Shown here piece after piece: positions 33,675-48,854 of a stretch of DNA of 64,000 nt (position 1 is its first letter; each line of letters opens with the position of its first letter). This stretch comes from an uncultured Alphaproteobacteria bacterium (GTDB lineage: Bacteria; Pseudomonadota; Alphaproteobacteria; Geminicoccales; Geminicoccaceae): positions 5,518 to 69,517 of the forward strand of contig CAVWCI010000015.1 in assembly GCA_963753315.1 (NCBI GenBank), read 5' to 3'. The position numbers were made by a program, and so were the translations under genes. The notes below the pieces were generated by a model. It was not told the DNA's origin. It saw only the letters and a list, made by a program, of their open reading frames with translations, and ran no database searches.

Positions 33675-35138
33675 TCAGCCCGCTGGCGCGAGCCGGTTCG
33701 CGAGGGTCGGTGTGTTCGTCGGGCCTCGCCAGTCTAGTAGCGCTAGCATGATGCGCTCAACGACTGTCTGGAGGCGTTTCTGCTCCTGGACGATGACCGC
33801 AATGGCGACCTCTTCCGCCCCGTGGACCAGCGAATTGCGAATCCTGATGGTACAACGCAGCGCGTCATGACCTCCGATGTCGTCCAGATTGACCTTCAGC
33901 CGCTTCAAATGTTTGTTAAGTCTCTGCCGAAATGCCGGGCGTGCCAGTTCGGAGATCTTTGCGCTGATCACCGAGACAGTCTGAGGATTCTTGCCCATGT
34001 CCGTGAGTTGGCTACGTAAATATTGATCAATAGTGCGCAGTTCTTTGGGGCTTATCACTTCCCAAGGGTATTTAAGGTCAAGCGAACTGACGATTTTCTC
34101 TAGGCAGCTAAAGAGAAGGGTGAATTGTTCGTCTACGGTCGGTGCAGACTGCGCAGCTAAGTATATGAGGATCGGCAATCGAAGTCTCATTCCCTCCAGA
34201 GATCTCTTTTCGTATGCCGTGAAGGCACCGTTTATGAACCGGCGGACATCCCTAGATGGCAGCACGATGTCCTCCCACCGAACCCGCCAATTCGAACTCT
34301 CTCGAGTGTCGCCCCGATACTGTTCGAGTAGCCTACCGTCGGACCATAGGGTCCGCGCATACCAAGTCACATTGGACTTAGAGAGAAAAGAGACGAGAAG
34401 ACACAGAACTTCGGCAACCTCCAGCGCTCGCGCCTCGAAGTTTGAGTCCGTGCGTTCGAGATCGCGATCGGTAAGCGTCAGAGAGAAGGCTTCAGCTTCG
34501 ACAGAGAGGTGCAGCTTTTCGAGGGCACGATATCTATCTTCGTGTGGGGGCAGCAAACGTTCGGCCTCTCGGCGGCCGGCATAGAGAAAATGCGGTTGTG
34601 CAGTGATCGCCAAATCCCCGACTTCAGAGATACGCAGATTGGCACTGCGAAATTCGGTTTTCGTGCTTCCCAAATAAGAGAACGTCCGAATTGCGTCCGA
34701 CATCCAAACGAGCGTTGGCCCCGTCAGAAGCAAAGTCATCTGACGGTTACCCATTCCGCGCTGCCCGTAGTCGCAGTCGATCGTGATATCGTAGGGTTCG
34801 AAGCGGCCGAGGATCTGTTGAATAATTTTGCTTTCGTCATCAGGGTAAATGCGCGCGCTCATTTCTCGAAGCAGAACCTGCCTCGAACGAACCTTCTCGC
34901 GGCCCTGGGCTGCGGAAACACTTTCTAGCTCGCATACAGGTGACTGGTGTGCATGGAAGAAAGAATTAAGTTCAGGCCAGTCAGCGGCTGTTCCGCGAAT
35001 GATGCCGATCGGGGGGTGAGCGTTGAGGGGCGAATAGCGAATGTCGATGGAGAACGGTTTCGTCGTAAGGTCTCCGTCCCGGAACACGCCCGCGAACTCC
35101 AACGATTTCGTGAAAAGGACTGTGTCGACCGCGGACAT
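33675..35138 (-). CDS. orphan 487-aa protein with a C-terminal HEPN-like Rx4H motif (candidate abortive-infection/defence RNase)
   Basis: Intact 487-aa ORF with an ATG start and low GC. The C-terminal region reads ...GGHDALRCTIRIRNSLVHGAEEVAIAVIVQEQKRL..., with RNSLVH at aa 434-439 (33822-33839). I recognise no family in the N-terminal ~400 aa. Confidence 0.75.
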   Translation of the reverse strand: MSAVDTVLFTKSLEFAGVFRDGDLTTKPFSIDIRYSPLNAHPPIGIIRGTAADWPELNSFFHAHQSPVCELESVSAAQGREKVRSRQVLLREMSARIYPDDESKIIQQILGRFEPYDITIDCDYGQRGMGNRQMTLLLTGPTLVWMSDAIRTFSYLGSTKTEFRSANLRISEVGDLAITAQPHFLYAGRREAERLLPPHEDRYRALEKLHLSVEAEAFSLTLTDRDLERTDSNFEARALEVAEVLCLLVSFLSKSNVTWYARTLWSDGRLLEQYRGDTRESSNWRVRWEDIVLPSRDVRRFINGAFTAYEKRSLEGMRLRLPILIYLAAQSAPTVDEQFTLLFSCLEKIVSSLDLKYPWEVISPKELRTIDQYLRSQLTDMGKNPQTVSVISAKISELARPAFRQRLNKHLKRLKVNLDDIGGHDALRCTIRIRNSLVHGAEEVAIAVIVQEQKRLQTVVERIMLALLDWRGPTNTPTLANRLAPAG

Positions 35139-35164
35139 CTGGCCAAGTCTTTCGATGCTCGCTT

Positions 35165-35210
35165 CAGTTCACACGACCGTGACGCCGCTGTCCACCGAAA
35201 GCACCTGGCC
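35165..35210. repeat. right copy of the 46-bp direct repeat (functional 3-prime end of the SDR gene)
   Basis: Identical to 33592-33637. It encodes the last 13 codons GQVLSVDSGVTVV plus the stop of the SDR gene on the minus strand. Confidence 0.92.
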
Positions 35211-35949
35211 CGTGGTGATCGCGGATTCGTCCGAGGCGAGGTAGACCGCCATGTCGGCGACGTGGATCGGCAGGCCCAGGCCGAGGAGGTGAGTCTCGCC
35301 GATCTTCGCGATCTCCGGGCTCGCCGCCATCAGCCGCTTCACGCGCTCCGTCAAGGTCACCGAGGGTGCGATCGCGTTCACCCGGATCTTGTAGGGCGCA
35401 TATTCGACCGCCATCGAGCGCGTCATCGAGGCGATGCCGCCCTTGGCCGCGGTGTAGCAGTCGCGCCCGGGCAGGGCCATGAGCGCCACGTTCGACGACA
35501 TGTTGATGACCGAGCCGCCGCCCGCCTCGATGATTTTCGGGATCGCAAGCTTGCTGCAAAGGAACGTGCCGTAGAGATCCAGCCTGATCACCCGCCAGAA
35601 CTCCTCGTCCGGGCGCCTGCGTGACCGGGCCGTCGGCAGTGGTCGAGCCGCCGGCGTTGTTGTGCAGCACGTTCAGCCTGCCGAAATTCTCGATCGTCGC
35701 CGCGATCGCGGCCGCGACGCTCGAAGGCTCGGTGACGTCGCAGTGCACGAACCGGGCATCGCCGCCCGCATTGCCCGCGGCCGCGCGCGCCGCCTCGGCC
35801 GCGGCCTCGCCGCTCTCGCGGTCGATCTCGGCGATCACCACCTTCGCCCCTTCTTCGGCGAAGCGCTCGGCGGTCGCCCGGCCGATGCCGCCGCCGCCAC
35901 CGGTGATGAACGCCACCTTGCCAGCCAGCCTGCCGCCCGCCCGTGCCAT
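35169..35949 (-). pseudogene. short-chain dehydrogenase/reductase (SDR), frame-disrupted
   Basis: The N-terminus GKVAFITGGGGGIGRATAERFAEEGAKVV...NNAG (ORF 35164..35949) continues in ORF 35169..35591 (LYGTFLCSK...NMSS...YTAAKGGIASMTRSMAVEYAPYKIRVNAIAP). The shift is near 35600. Confidence 0.8.
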
Positions 35950-35979
35950 GTCCGCTCCCCCGATGCCGCCTTGCCGGCT

Positions 35980-36726
35980 TCAGGCCTGCTCTGCCTGCCA
36001 GGCCTCGCCCTGGACGATCAGGCCCAGGACCTCGTGCTCGTCCGTATCCTTGACGTAGCGCTCGCCGACGCGGCGGCCGCGCTTGAGGACCATGACGCGA
36101 TCGCCGACCTCGAAAATGTCCTGCAGGCGGTGGCTGATGATGATCTGCGCGACGTTGTGGCGCTTGAGCTCCAGCATGGTCTCGAGCAGCCGCTCGGTCG
36201 CCATGACGGAGAGGTTCGCGGTCGGCTCGTCGAGCACGATCACCTTGGGATCGAACGAGATCGCGCGCGCGATCGCCACCGACTGCTGGCGGCCGCCGGA
36301 GAGGCTCTCGACCTTCTGGTAGACGGAGTTGACGTCGACCTTGAGGCGCCCGAGCACCTCGCTCGCCTCGCGGTACATCTTCTTGCGGTTGACGAAGAAG
36401 CCGCGCTTCGGCCAGCGGCCGAGGAAGATGTTCTGGCCGACGTCCATGTTCCCGCACAGCGCGAAGTCCTGGTAGATCATCTCGATGCCGACCTCGCGGC
36501 TGTCGTGCGGGCTCTTGAAATGGGTCTCCTGGCCGGCGACGAGGACATCGCCGGAATCGCGCGCATAAGCGCCGGTGAGGATCTTCATCAGCGTCGACTT
36601 GCCGGCCGAGTTGTCGCCGACGAGACCCAAGATCTCGCCGGGATAGAGGGTGAGATCGACGTCGGCCAGCGCCGTGACCGCGCCAAAAGCCTTGCTGATG
36701 CGTCGCATCTCGACGATCGGCGTCAC
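35980..36726 (-). CDS. sugar ABC transporter ATP-binding protein (single ABC domain)
   Basis: GTG start with AGAGGA RBS. Walker A GDNSAGKST, signature LSGGRQQSVAIARA, Walker B VIVLDEPT. Confidence 0.9.
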   Translation of the reverse strand: MTPIVEMRRISKAFGAVTALADVDLTLYPGEILGLVGDNSAGKSTLMKILTGAYARDSGDVLVAGQETHFKSPHDSREVGIEMIYQDFALCGNMDVGQNIFLGRWPKRGFFVNRKKMYREASEVLGRLKVDVNSVYQKVESLSGGRQQSVAIARAISFDPKVIVLDEPTANLSVMATERLLETMLELKRHNVAQIIISHRLQDIFEVGDRVMVLKRGRRVGERYVKDTDEHEVLGLIVQGEAWQAEQA

Positions 36727-36743
36727 CGTGTCCTCTGCGGATC

Positions 36744-37866
36744 TCAGACATGGCGGGCCTCCCGCGGCATGGCCTGGCGGCGCGCCAGCGCTGCGCGCAG
36801 CCGGCCGAAGATGTTGGCCTGGCGGACCCAGATGTCGATCAGGACCGCCACGATCAGGATCATGCCGATGAAGGCGTTGACCCAATGCTGCGGCAGGACG
36901 ATCGACCTGCCGTCCGCGGTGATGATGTTGAGCTGCAGGAGCGCGCGCACCAGCGTGATCACCGCAGCGCCGGCCAGCGAGCCGATGATCGTGCCGTAGC
37001 CGCCGAAGATCGAGCCGCCGCCGATGATCACCGAGGCGATCGCGTCGAGCTCGCGGAACTGGCCGGCGACCGGGTTGAAGCTGCGGAAGAAGGCGACGTT
37101 GATGATGCCGGCCATCGACGCGCAAAGGGCCGAGAGCATCAGTGCGATCACCCGCACGCGCGCGGTGCTGATGCCGGCATAGTCGGCGGCGCGGCGGTTG
37201 CCGCCGGTGGCGTAGACCTGCTGCCCGAAGACGGTGTAGCCCAGCACGATGCCCGCGATCGCCGCGACCAGCGACCAGCCAGACGGTCTGGACGCTGACG
37301 ACGTCGGCGAGCGCGCGCAGCAGGCCCGGCGGCAAACTCATGCCGAGATGGCTCATGATGACGCCGAGCTTGCGGCCGAGCATGTTGAAGCTCTCGCTCC
37401 AGCCGGTCAGCTGCTGCCCGGCGACCAGCCAGGCGGCAAGCCCGCGGGCGATGTAGAACATGCCGAGCGTGGCGATGAACGCCGGCAGCCCGAAGCCGAC
37501 CGCGACCAGGGCGTTGACCGCGCCGGCCAGGCAGCCGGCGAGCATGCCCATCGTGATCGCGGTCATCGGATCGGCGCCGAGCACTTTCAGGAAATAGGCC
37601 GCCGTGCCGCCGGCGAACGCGAGCACGGCCCCGACCGAGAGGTCGATGTCGCCGCAGGCGATGACATAGGTGAGCCCGACGGTCAGCAGGGCGAGCTCGG
37701 TGTAGTTCAAGAGGATCGCGAACGTGTTGGGCAGGTTCCACCAGTAGTCCGGGCGCAGCCAGAGGCCCACCAGCCACAGCACCACCGTCAGGATGATCGC
37801 GAGCGCGTCGCGCCTGGCGAGAAACCTGCCAAAGCCCTGCGCGCCCCAGGCCTTGTCGCCGGCCAT
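36744..37866 (-). pseudogene. sugar ABC transporter permease (second), frame-disrupted
   Basis: MAGDKAWGAQGFGRFLARRDALAIILTVV...GDIDLSVGAVLAFAGG... continues in ORF 36744..37247 (VYATGGNRRAADYAGIST...IIGGGSIFGGYGTIIGSLAGA). The shift is near 37250. Confidence 0.75.
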
Positions 37867-37913
37867 GGTGCCCTTGGTCTGGGCGCCTTCGAGCGCGATG
37901 CCGCCGATCTCGA

Positions 37914-39016
37914 TCACGGGCGGCGGCGGCCGCGAGCGCAGCCACGCCCAGATCCGCTGCGGCACGCGGCGGCGCACGACGTAGGGCTCGATCAGCACCG
38001 CCACCAGCAGCAGCAGGCCGAGGAACACCGGCACCGCGCCGACCGGCAGCGACGAGACCGCCTTGACCTGCATCTCGATGTCGTTGACGACGATCGTGCG
38101 GGTGATCGGCACGCCTTCGCGCAGGACCTTGTCGATCAGCACGGTGAGCACCGCGCCGAGGCAGCTGCCGATGACGCGGCCGCGGCCGCCGAGGATCGAG
38201 GCGCCGCCGATGATGACCGCCGCGATCACGATCAGCTCGGCGCCGAGACCGGACTGCGAGGTCGTGCCCTTGTCCTGTGCGACCGCCATCAGGCCTGCGA
38301 TCGTGGCGCACAGCGCCGACAGGAGATAGGCGCGGATCCGGACCCAGTGCGTCGGGATGCCGGCGTAGACCGCGGCCTGCTCGTTGCCGCCGGTGGCGAA
38401 GGTCTCGTAGCCCCAGCGGGTCTTGCCCAGCACATACGCGCCGATCGCGGCCACCACGATCGCGATCGGGATCTGGTTGTTGAAGCCGAGGACGTTGCCC
38501 TCGCCGAGGCTGAAGAAGAGCGGGAACTCGGCGGCCTTGGTCGAATAGAGGATCGACTTGCCGCCGGTCAGGCCGAGCACGATGCCGCGGCCGATCAGCA
38601 GCATCGTCAGCGTCGCGATGAAGGCCGGCACCTTCAGGATCGTGACGAGGACGCCGTTGATCAGGCCGATCGCGAGGCCGAGAGCCAGGCAGATCAGCAC
38701 CGCGGTCGCCCGGGCCGAGGTCGTGGAAGGCCGCCGAGAACGCCATGGAGAAGACCACGGTGATCAGGCCGTAGATCGAGCCGACGGAGAGATCGAGATC
38801 CTTGTTGACGATGACGAAGGTCATGCCCACGGCCATGACGGCGTAGCGGGCCGCATCGCGCAGCAGCGCGTGAAAGGCGTCGACCGAGCCGAAGAAGCCG
38901 GGATTGACGTAGGCGCCGCCGAGATAGAGCAGGGCCATCAGGGCGAGCAGGCCCATCTCCCAGCCGCCGACGAGCTCGGGCGGCGGGCGGCCGAGCGCGC
39001 CCGCCTGCGTGCTCAT
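37914..39016 (-). pseudogene. sugar ABC transporter permease (first), frame-disrupted
   Basis: The N-terminus is in ORF 37148..39016 (MSTQAGALGRPPPELV...NKDLDLSVGSIYGL). The remainder is in ORF 35980..38700 (LALGLAIGLINGVLVT...IIGGASILGGRGRVIGS). The shift is near 38700. There is no in-frame stop before the next permease, but a TGA at 37914-37916 comes into frame after a one-base change in the CCGCCGCCGCCC run. Confidence 0.7.
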
Positions 39017-39103
39017 CGGACCCTGCTGGAGCGTGCTGGAGCCATGCGGGGAGGCGGGAGGGCACGCGCCCTCCCGCCGGTCGGTGCGCCGATCGGGCTC
39101 AGC

Positions 39104-40189
39104 TCAGTTCTCGAAGCGGCCGCCGACCTCCTCGACGTTGTCCCCCGTCACGAGCTGGGCGCGCGTGTCGAGGTTGGCCGCCGCGATGCCGCGATCGATC
39201 TGCAGATAGAGCTGCATGACCGGCCAGAAGCCCTGCAGGAACGGCTGCTGGCCGAGCGCGCCGGTCAGGGCGCCCGAGCGCAGCGCCTCCTGCTGCGCCG
39301 GGCCGAGGTCGAAGCCGTAGGCGCAGATCTCGCCGGTCATGCCCATCTGCGCCACCGCGTTGGCCAGCGCCGGCGTGAAGACGTTGTTGGCGGCGAACGC
39401 GCCGACCACGTCGCCGCGCGATTCGAACAGCGAGATGATGCCGTTCACCGGATCGTTCGGATTGGTGTCGATGCCGGTGTTCTCGGGGCCGGCGTCGACC
39501 ACGAAGTCCTGCAGCTTGCCCGCCTCCTGCAGCTTGGTGACGATCGCGTTGAACGCCGAGGTCACGCGCTCGTTGACCTCGATGTTGCCCATCGCGGTCG
39601 AGGACGGCAGCAGGATGGAGCCGGACTCGATCCCGCGCTCCTCCAGGCAGGCGACCAGCGCCTCGCCCGCGATCGCCGCGGCGGACGCGTCCTGGCCGGT
39701 GTGGCTGATGCCGTTGCGGTTGTAGAGCGTGCCGTCGTAGGAGTTGGTGGTCGCGATCGGAATGCCCCTCTGCTCGGCGGTCCTGACGATGTCGTTGTAG
39801 GCGCCGACCTGCGGCGTGGTCAGGATCAGGCCATCGAGCGTCGGATCCTGGACGATCTGGTTCAGGATCTCGATCTCGCGTGCCGGATCGTCGGTCGGCG
39901 ACTCGGAGCCGAGCAGCAGGACCTTGGCGCCGATCAGGTCGCCCGCGACCCGCGCGCCGACGTAGACCGGGTCGAAGAAGCCGTTGCCGGCCGTGTGGGT
40001 GACGATCGCGAAGGTCAGAACGCCGTCGTCGGAGTTGAAATTCTTGGTCTCCGGGCTCTCCTGCGCGGCCTCCTCGAAGGTATAGCCGCCGACCGCCCGC
40101 TCGACCGAGCCCGACTGGGCAAACGCCTGCGATGCAAGCACAAAAACGCCCGCAGTCGCCAGCATCACGGGTCGCGCCTTCCTGAGCAT
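39104..40189 (-). CDS. sugar ABC transporter periplasmic substrate-binding protein (PBP type 1)
   Basis: ORF 39104..40246; the likely start is MLRKARPVMLATAGVFVLASQAFA (signal peptide). Gene order with the two permeases and the ATPase supports the call. Confidence 0.82.
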   Translation of the reverse strand: MLRKARPVMLATAGVFVLASQAFAQSGSVERAVGGYTFEEAAQESPETKNFNSDDGVLTFAIVTHTAGNGFFDPVYVGARVAGDLIGAKVLLLGSESPTDDPAREIEILNQIVQDPTLDGLILTTPQVGAYNDIVRTAEQRGIPIATTNSYDGTLYNRNGISHTGQDASAAAIAGEALVACLEERGIESGSILLPSSTAMGNIEVNERVTSAFNAIVTKLQEAGKLQDFVVDAGPENTGIDTNPNDPVNGIISLFESRGDVVGAFAANNVFTPALANAVAQMGMTGEICAYGFDLGPAQQEALRSGALTGALGQQPFLQGFWPVMQLYLQIDRGIAAANLDTRAQLVTGDNVEEVGGRFEN

Positions 40190-40304
40190 TGCTCTCTCTC
40201 CTTTTTCAAATTGCTCCGTCGACTGCAATCGACGGTAGCGCCCCACGGCCGAAGTCTAAGCGCGCCTGCGACGCGAGGGCCAGCGGGTTCGATCAACCGC
40301 CGGC

Positions 40305-41213
40305 TCAGCGCTTGCCCCATTCCGACAGCCAGATGCCGCCCAGCACGAGGCCGAGCGCGATCGCCTGAAAGGCCGCGAAGGATTCGCCAAGGATCGCCAC
40401 GGCCAGGATCGAGGCGAACACCGGCACGAGGTTGATGAACACGCCGGCGCGGCCCGGCCCGATCAGCTCGACGCCGCGCAGGAAGAACATCTGCGCCGCA
40501 AAGGACGGGAACAGCACCGCCAGCACGACGATGATCCAGCCCGTGGCGGTGGGCCACTGCAGCTGCCCCCATGCCGCCTCGATCGCGACCAGCGGCAGCG
40601 ATGCGAGCAGCGCCGCGGCCGCCAGCGCCATGAACAGGCTGAGCGCCGCGACCGGCGGGCGCCGTTGCAGGGCGACGGTGTAGCCGGCGTAGAGCAGGCA
40701 GGCGACGACCATCAGGAGGTCGCCCCGGTTGATCGCGAGCGCCGCGATCCGCGCGAGATCGCCGCCGGTGCCGACCAGCACGACGCCCAGCATGGTCACC
40801 ACCACGCCCGCGACCTGCAAGGGCGTGACCGCCGTGCGGTAGGCCGCGAACGCGCCGATCAGCACGAACACCGGGATCGAGCCCTGGATGATGCCGATGT
40901 TGACCGCCGTGGTGTAGTGGGCGGCGACGTAGTAGACGGCGTTGAAGCCGGTGAAGCCGAGCGCGCCCATGGCGGCGAGGAAGGGCAGGTGGCGGCGCAG
41001 CACCGGCCAGTCGCGCCTGACCTGGCCATGCACGATCGGGGCGAGCAGCGCCAGCACCAGCAGCCAGCGCAGCATCGTCAGCGCCATCGGCGACACCTCG
41101 CCGACCGCGAGCCGGCCGAAGATCGCATTGGCACCCCAGCACAGCGCCGTGAGCGTGAGCAGCAGGTAGGCGAGCGGATTGGCTCGGGCCGGCGCGGCTC
41201 GTCTTGCGTGGTC
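40305..41213 (-). pseudogene. EamA/DMT-family transporter, frame-disrupted near its 5-prime end
   Basis: ORF 40305..41096 has 10-TM DMT-like sequence. In-frame upstream sequence (ANPLAYLLLTLTALCWGANAIFGRLAVGEVSP) is cut off from the ATG at 41213 by a shift near 41185. Confidence 0.72.
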
Positions 41214-41237
41214 ATGCAGCCGGCGCAGCGTACGGGC

Positions 41238-42253
<1,016 letters not shown>

Positions 42254-42273
42254 CTACGGAACAGGGGGAAGAG

Positions 42274-45962
<3,689 letters not shown>

Positions 45963-46421
45963 CCTGAAGCGCGATCGGCGCCGGGATCCGAACAGCCGAC
46001 AAGGCGGGGATCGCGCGCCCTAAGGCAGCCGGCGGGCCGCCGTAGGGGCGAGGAAAACAGCCCGGGGGCTGAGCCGATCGGGTAGGGAGGTGTCCCCGGG
46101 GCGGCCGCCGAGCGGCCCTCGGAAGGTCCGCGTCGCTGGCCGCCGCTCGCTCCAGCCCCGAGCCCATGCTACGACGTCAACGGCTCACCTCGTCGTGACC
46201 TGACTTCGGGGAAACGCCAACCTGCTTGCCGCGCGAGAGATCTGGGTGCCGCTAGGGCGGGATTGCACACCCGCCCGTGAGCGGCCATCGATCGGTTTTT
46301 TGGGAACCCTGTTGACCATGATGATGCAGCGATCGCTGCGGTGTATTTGAAAAGGGAGCGCGAAGCGGCAATTGTAGCCGAGCGCGGGGCAAAGGCCCGG
46401 ACAAAATCGGAGCGACGGAAG

Positions 46422-48854
46422 GTGACCCAGGCAAAAGACCTCCTTGCCCAGATGACGTTGGAGGAGAAGGCTGCGCTCTGTTCCGGACGCGACTTTTGGA
46501 ATCTCAAGGGCATCGAGCGCCTGGGTATCCCCTCGATCATGCTCACGGACGGGCCACACGGGCTGCGCAAACAAACGGTCAGCGGCGAGCGGATCGACTT
46601 GAACGCGAGCGTACCGACGACCTGTTTTCCCACGGCAGCGGCGCTCGCCGCCACCTGGAACCGGGATCTGGTCTACCGGGTCGGTGAAGCCCTGGCACAG
46701 GAGTGTCTGGCCGAGAAGGTCGCGATTCTCCTGGGGCCGGGCGCCAACATCAAACGTTCGCCGCTGTGCGGCCGGAACTTCGAGTACTTCTCGGAGGATC
46801 CCTATCTGACCGGCGAAATGGCCAAAGCGCACATCCGGGGCGTGCAAAGCAAAGGCATCGGGACCGCGCTCAAGCACTACGCGGCCAACAATCAGGAAAG
46901 CCGGCGCATGTCGATCGACGCGATCGTCGACGAACGGGCGCTGCGCGAGATCTATCTGACCGGGTTCGAAATCGCGGTGCGCGGAGCTCAGCCGGCCACC
47001 GTCATGTGCGCTTACAACCGGGTGAACGGCACCTATTGCAGCGAACACCGGCGTCTGCTGACCGAAATTCTCAGAGACGAGTGGGGGTTTACCGGAGTGG
47101 TGGTCAGCGACTGGGGCGCGGTCAATCAGCGGGTGAAGGGTCTCGCCGCCGGGTTGGACCTGGAGATGCCAGGCTCGCGCGGCCAGAACGATGCCGTGCT
47201 GGTCAAAGCTGTCGAAGCGGGCGAACTCGACGAGACGGTCTTGGATCGGGCCGTCGAGCGGCTGCTCACGCTCACGCTGCGCTTGAGCGGTGTGCTGAAA
47301 GAGGACGCCTCCTATGATCGGAACGCCCATCACGCGCTGGCCAGGCAGGTGGCCGGGGAGGCCGCCGTGTTGCTGAAGAACGAGGGCAGCATCCTGCCTC
47401 TGGCTGCGGTCGGGCCGATCGCGCTCATCGGGGCGTTCGCCAAGACGCCCCGTTATCAGGGCGCCGGCAGCTCGCAAATCAAGCCGACCAGGCTGGAGAA
47501 CCTCTGCGATGAGCTCGTCAAGCTTGTGGGCCACGAGCAGACTGTCGGTTACGCGGACGGGTACCGCTTGCGGGGCGATACGGTCGACCAAGCGGTGCTG
47601 GGGGAGGCATGCAGCGTCGCCGCGCAGGCGGCCGTCGCGATTGTCTGCGTGGGACTGCCCGACTGTTTCGAGGTCGAGGGCGTCGATCGGGCACACATGC
47701 GTCTGCCGCAAAGCCATGACGCCCTGGTGGAGGCGGTCGCCGGGGTGAATCCCAATGTGGTGGTCGTGCTGAGCAACGGATCACCGGTCGAGATGCCATG
47801 GGAGGACCGGGTCAAAGGCATCCTCGAGGGCTATCTGGGCGGCCAGGCGGGTGGCGGAGCGATCGCTGACATCCTCACCGGCCGGGTCAACCCCAGCGGC
47901 AAGCTTGCCGAGACTTTCCCGCTACATGCGGAAGACAACCCGTCATACGCGAGTTTTCCAGGAGGTCCCAAAACCGTCGAATATCGAGAAAGCGTCTATG
48001 TGGGCTATCGGTACTACGACAGCGCGCAGCGGGCGGTGCGCTTTCCATTCGGCCACGGCCTCAGCTACACCACTTTCCAATATGACGATCTTGCCCTGAG
48101 CGCGGCCCGCATGGGGGACGGCGAGCGTCTGACGGTCGAGGCCACGATCAAGAACACAGGTCCCGTCGCCGGCAAGGAGACGGTTCAGCTCTATGTGCGG
48201 GATGTCGAGGCGAGCGTCTTCAGACCCGACAAAGAGCTGAAGGGATTCCTCAAGATCAGTCTGGAACCTGGCGAGGAACGAAGGGTCAGGTTCGAGCTGG
48301 ACCAGCGGTCATTTGCGTTCTACGACGCAAATCCCGGCGGATGGCGAGTGGAGCCGGGTAAGTTCGAAGTACTGATCGGAGCCTCGTCCAGAGATATTCG
48401 GCTGTCCGGTGCCGTGGAGGTGACATCGACGCGGCAAGTCGTGGTCGATCCGGTGCAGCGGCGCAAACTTCAGTCCTATCATGCGCCTGCCACGAGCTTT
48501 CCTATCGCCCGGCCAGCGTTTGAAGCCCTGTGTGGCAGAACGCTGCCCCGCAACGACCGTGCCAAAGGCGACGAGCATACGCTGAACACACCGATCGGCG
48601 ACATGAGAGATACGATTGCGGGCCGCCTGCTGTATAAAGTGATCCAACGCAAGATCGACAGGATGACAGGAGGAAACGATGACGAGCCCATATCGATCAT
48701 GGTGAAACGCATCGGCGAAGAACTCCCGCTGCGCGGCATGATGATGAGTTCGGCAAAGGTCACTCACGGGATGCTGGATGGTGTGCTGATGATGATCAAC
48801 GGCAGAGCCTGGCGCGGTATGCGCAAGTTACTCACGGAGTTCTGGCACACCTGA
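46422..48854 (+). CDS. glycoside hydrolase family 3 beta-glucosidase
   Basis: Intact ORF 46341..48854. Contains [37 protein letters not shown] and a fibronectin-like C-terminal domain. I prefer the GTG start at 46422 ([16 protein letters not shown]). G+C looks lower than the flanks. Confidence 0.88.
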   Translation: MTQAKDLLAQMTLEEKAALCSGRDFWNLKGIERLGIPSIMLTDGPHGLRKQTVSGERIDLNASVPTTCFPTAAALAATWNRDLVYRVGEALAQECLAEKVAILLGPGANIKRSPLCGRNFEYFSEDPYLTGEMAKAHIRGVQSKGIGTALKHYAANNQESRRMSIDAIVDERALREIYLTGFEIAVRGAQPATVMCAYNRVNGTYCSEHRRLLTEILRDEWGFTGVVVSDWGAVNQRVKGLAAGLDLEMPGSRGQNDAVLVKAVEAGELDETVLDRAVERLLTLTLRLSGVLKEDASYDRNAHHALARQVAGEAAVLLKNEGSILPLAAVGPIALIGAFAKTPRYQGAGSSQIKPTRLENLCDELVKLVGHEQTVGYADGYRLRGDTVDQAVLGEACSVAAQAAVAIVCVGLPDCFEVEGVDRAHMRLPQSHDALVEAVAGVNPNVVVVLSNGSPVEMPWEDRVKGILEGYLGGQAGGGAIADILTGRVNPSGKLAETFPLHAEDNPSYASFPGGPKTVEYRESVYVGYRYYDSAQRAVRFPFGHGLSYTTFQYDDLALSAARMGDGERLTVEATIKNTGPVAGKETVQLYVRDVEASVFRPDKELKGFLKISLEPGEERRVRFELDQRSFAFYDANPGGWRVEPGKFEVLIGASSRDIRLSGAVEVTSTRQVVVDPVQRRKLQSYHAPATSFPIARPAFEALCGRTLPRNDRAKGDEHTLNTPIGDMRDTIAGRLLYKVIQRKIDRMTGGNDDEPISIMVKRIGEELPLRGMMMSSAKVTHGMLDGVLMMINGRAWRGMRKLLTEFWHT

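Larger units (their letters stand above)
33592..35210 (-). mobile_element. low-GC single-ORF insertion cassette bounded by 46-bp direct repeats; no recombinase gene
   Basis: Interior G+C is about 47-57% on hand-counted lines, against about 70% in the flanks. Direct repeats sit at both ends. One ORF fills nearly the whole insert. The cassette lies at the 3-prime end of an SDR gene. Confidence 0.55.

Noticed and set aside
33780-33901. An apparent internal stop and a one-base offset when I hand-translated the cassette ORF around 33781-33900
   Set aside because: The supplied ORF track is self-consistent on both strands (33675..35138 minus and 33822..34019 plus both read through), so this was most likely my own transcription slip. 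The coordinates given follow the ORF track.
37867-37960. Apparent fusion of the two ABC permeases into one polypeptide
   Set aside because: A one-base change inside the CCGCCGCCGCCC run brings a TGA (37914-37916) into frame. An AAGGG RBS precedes the second ATG at 37866. Given the many indels nearby, two separate genes are more likely.
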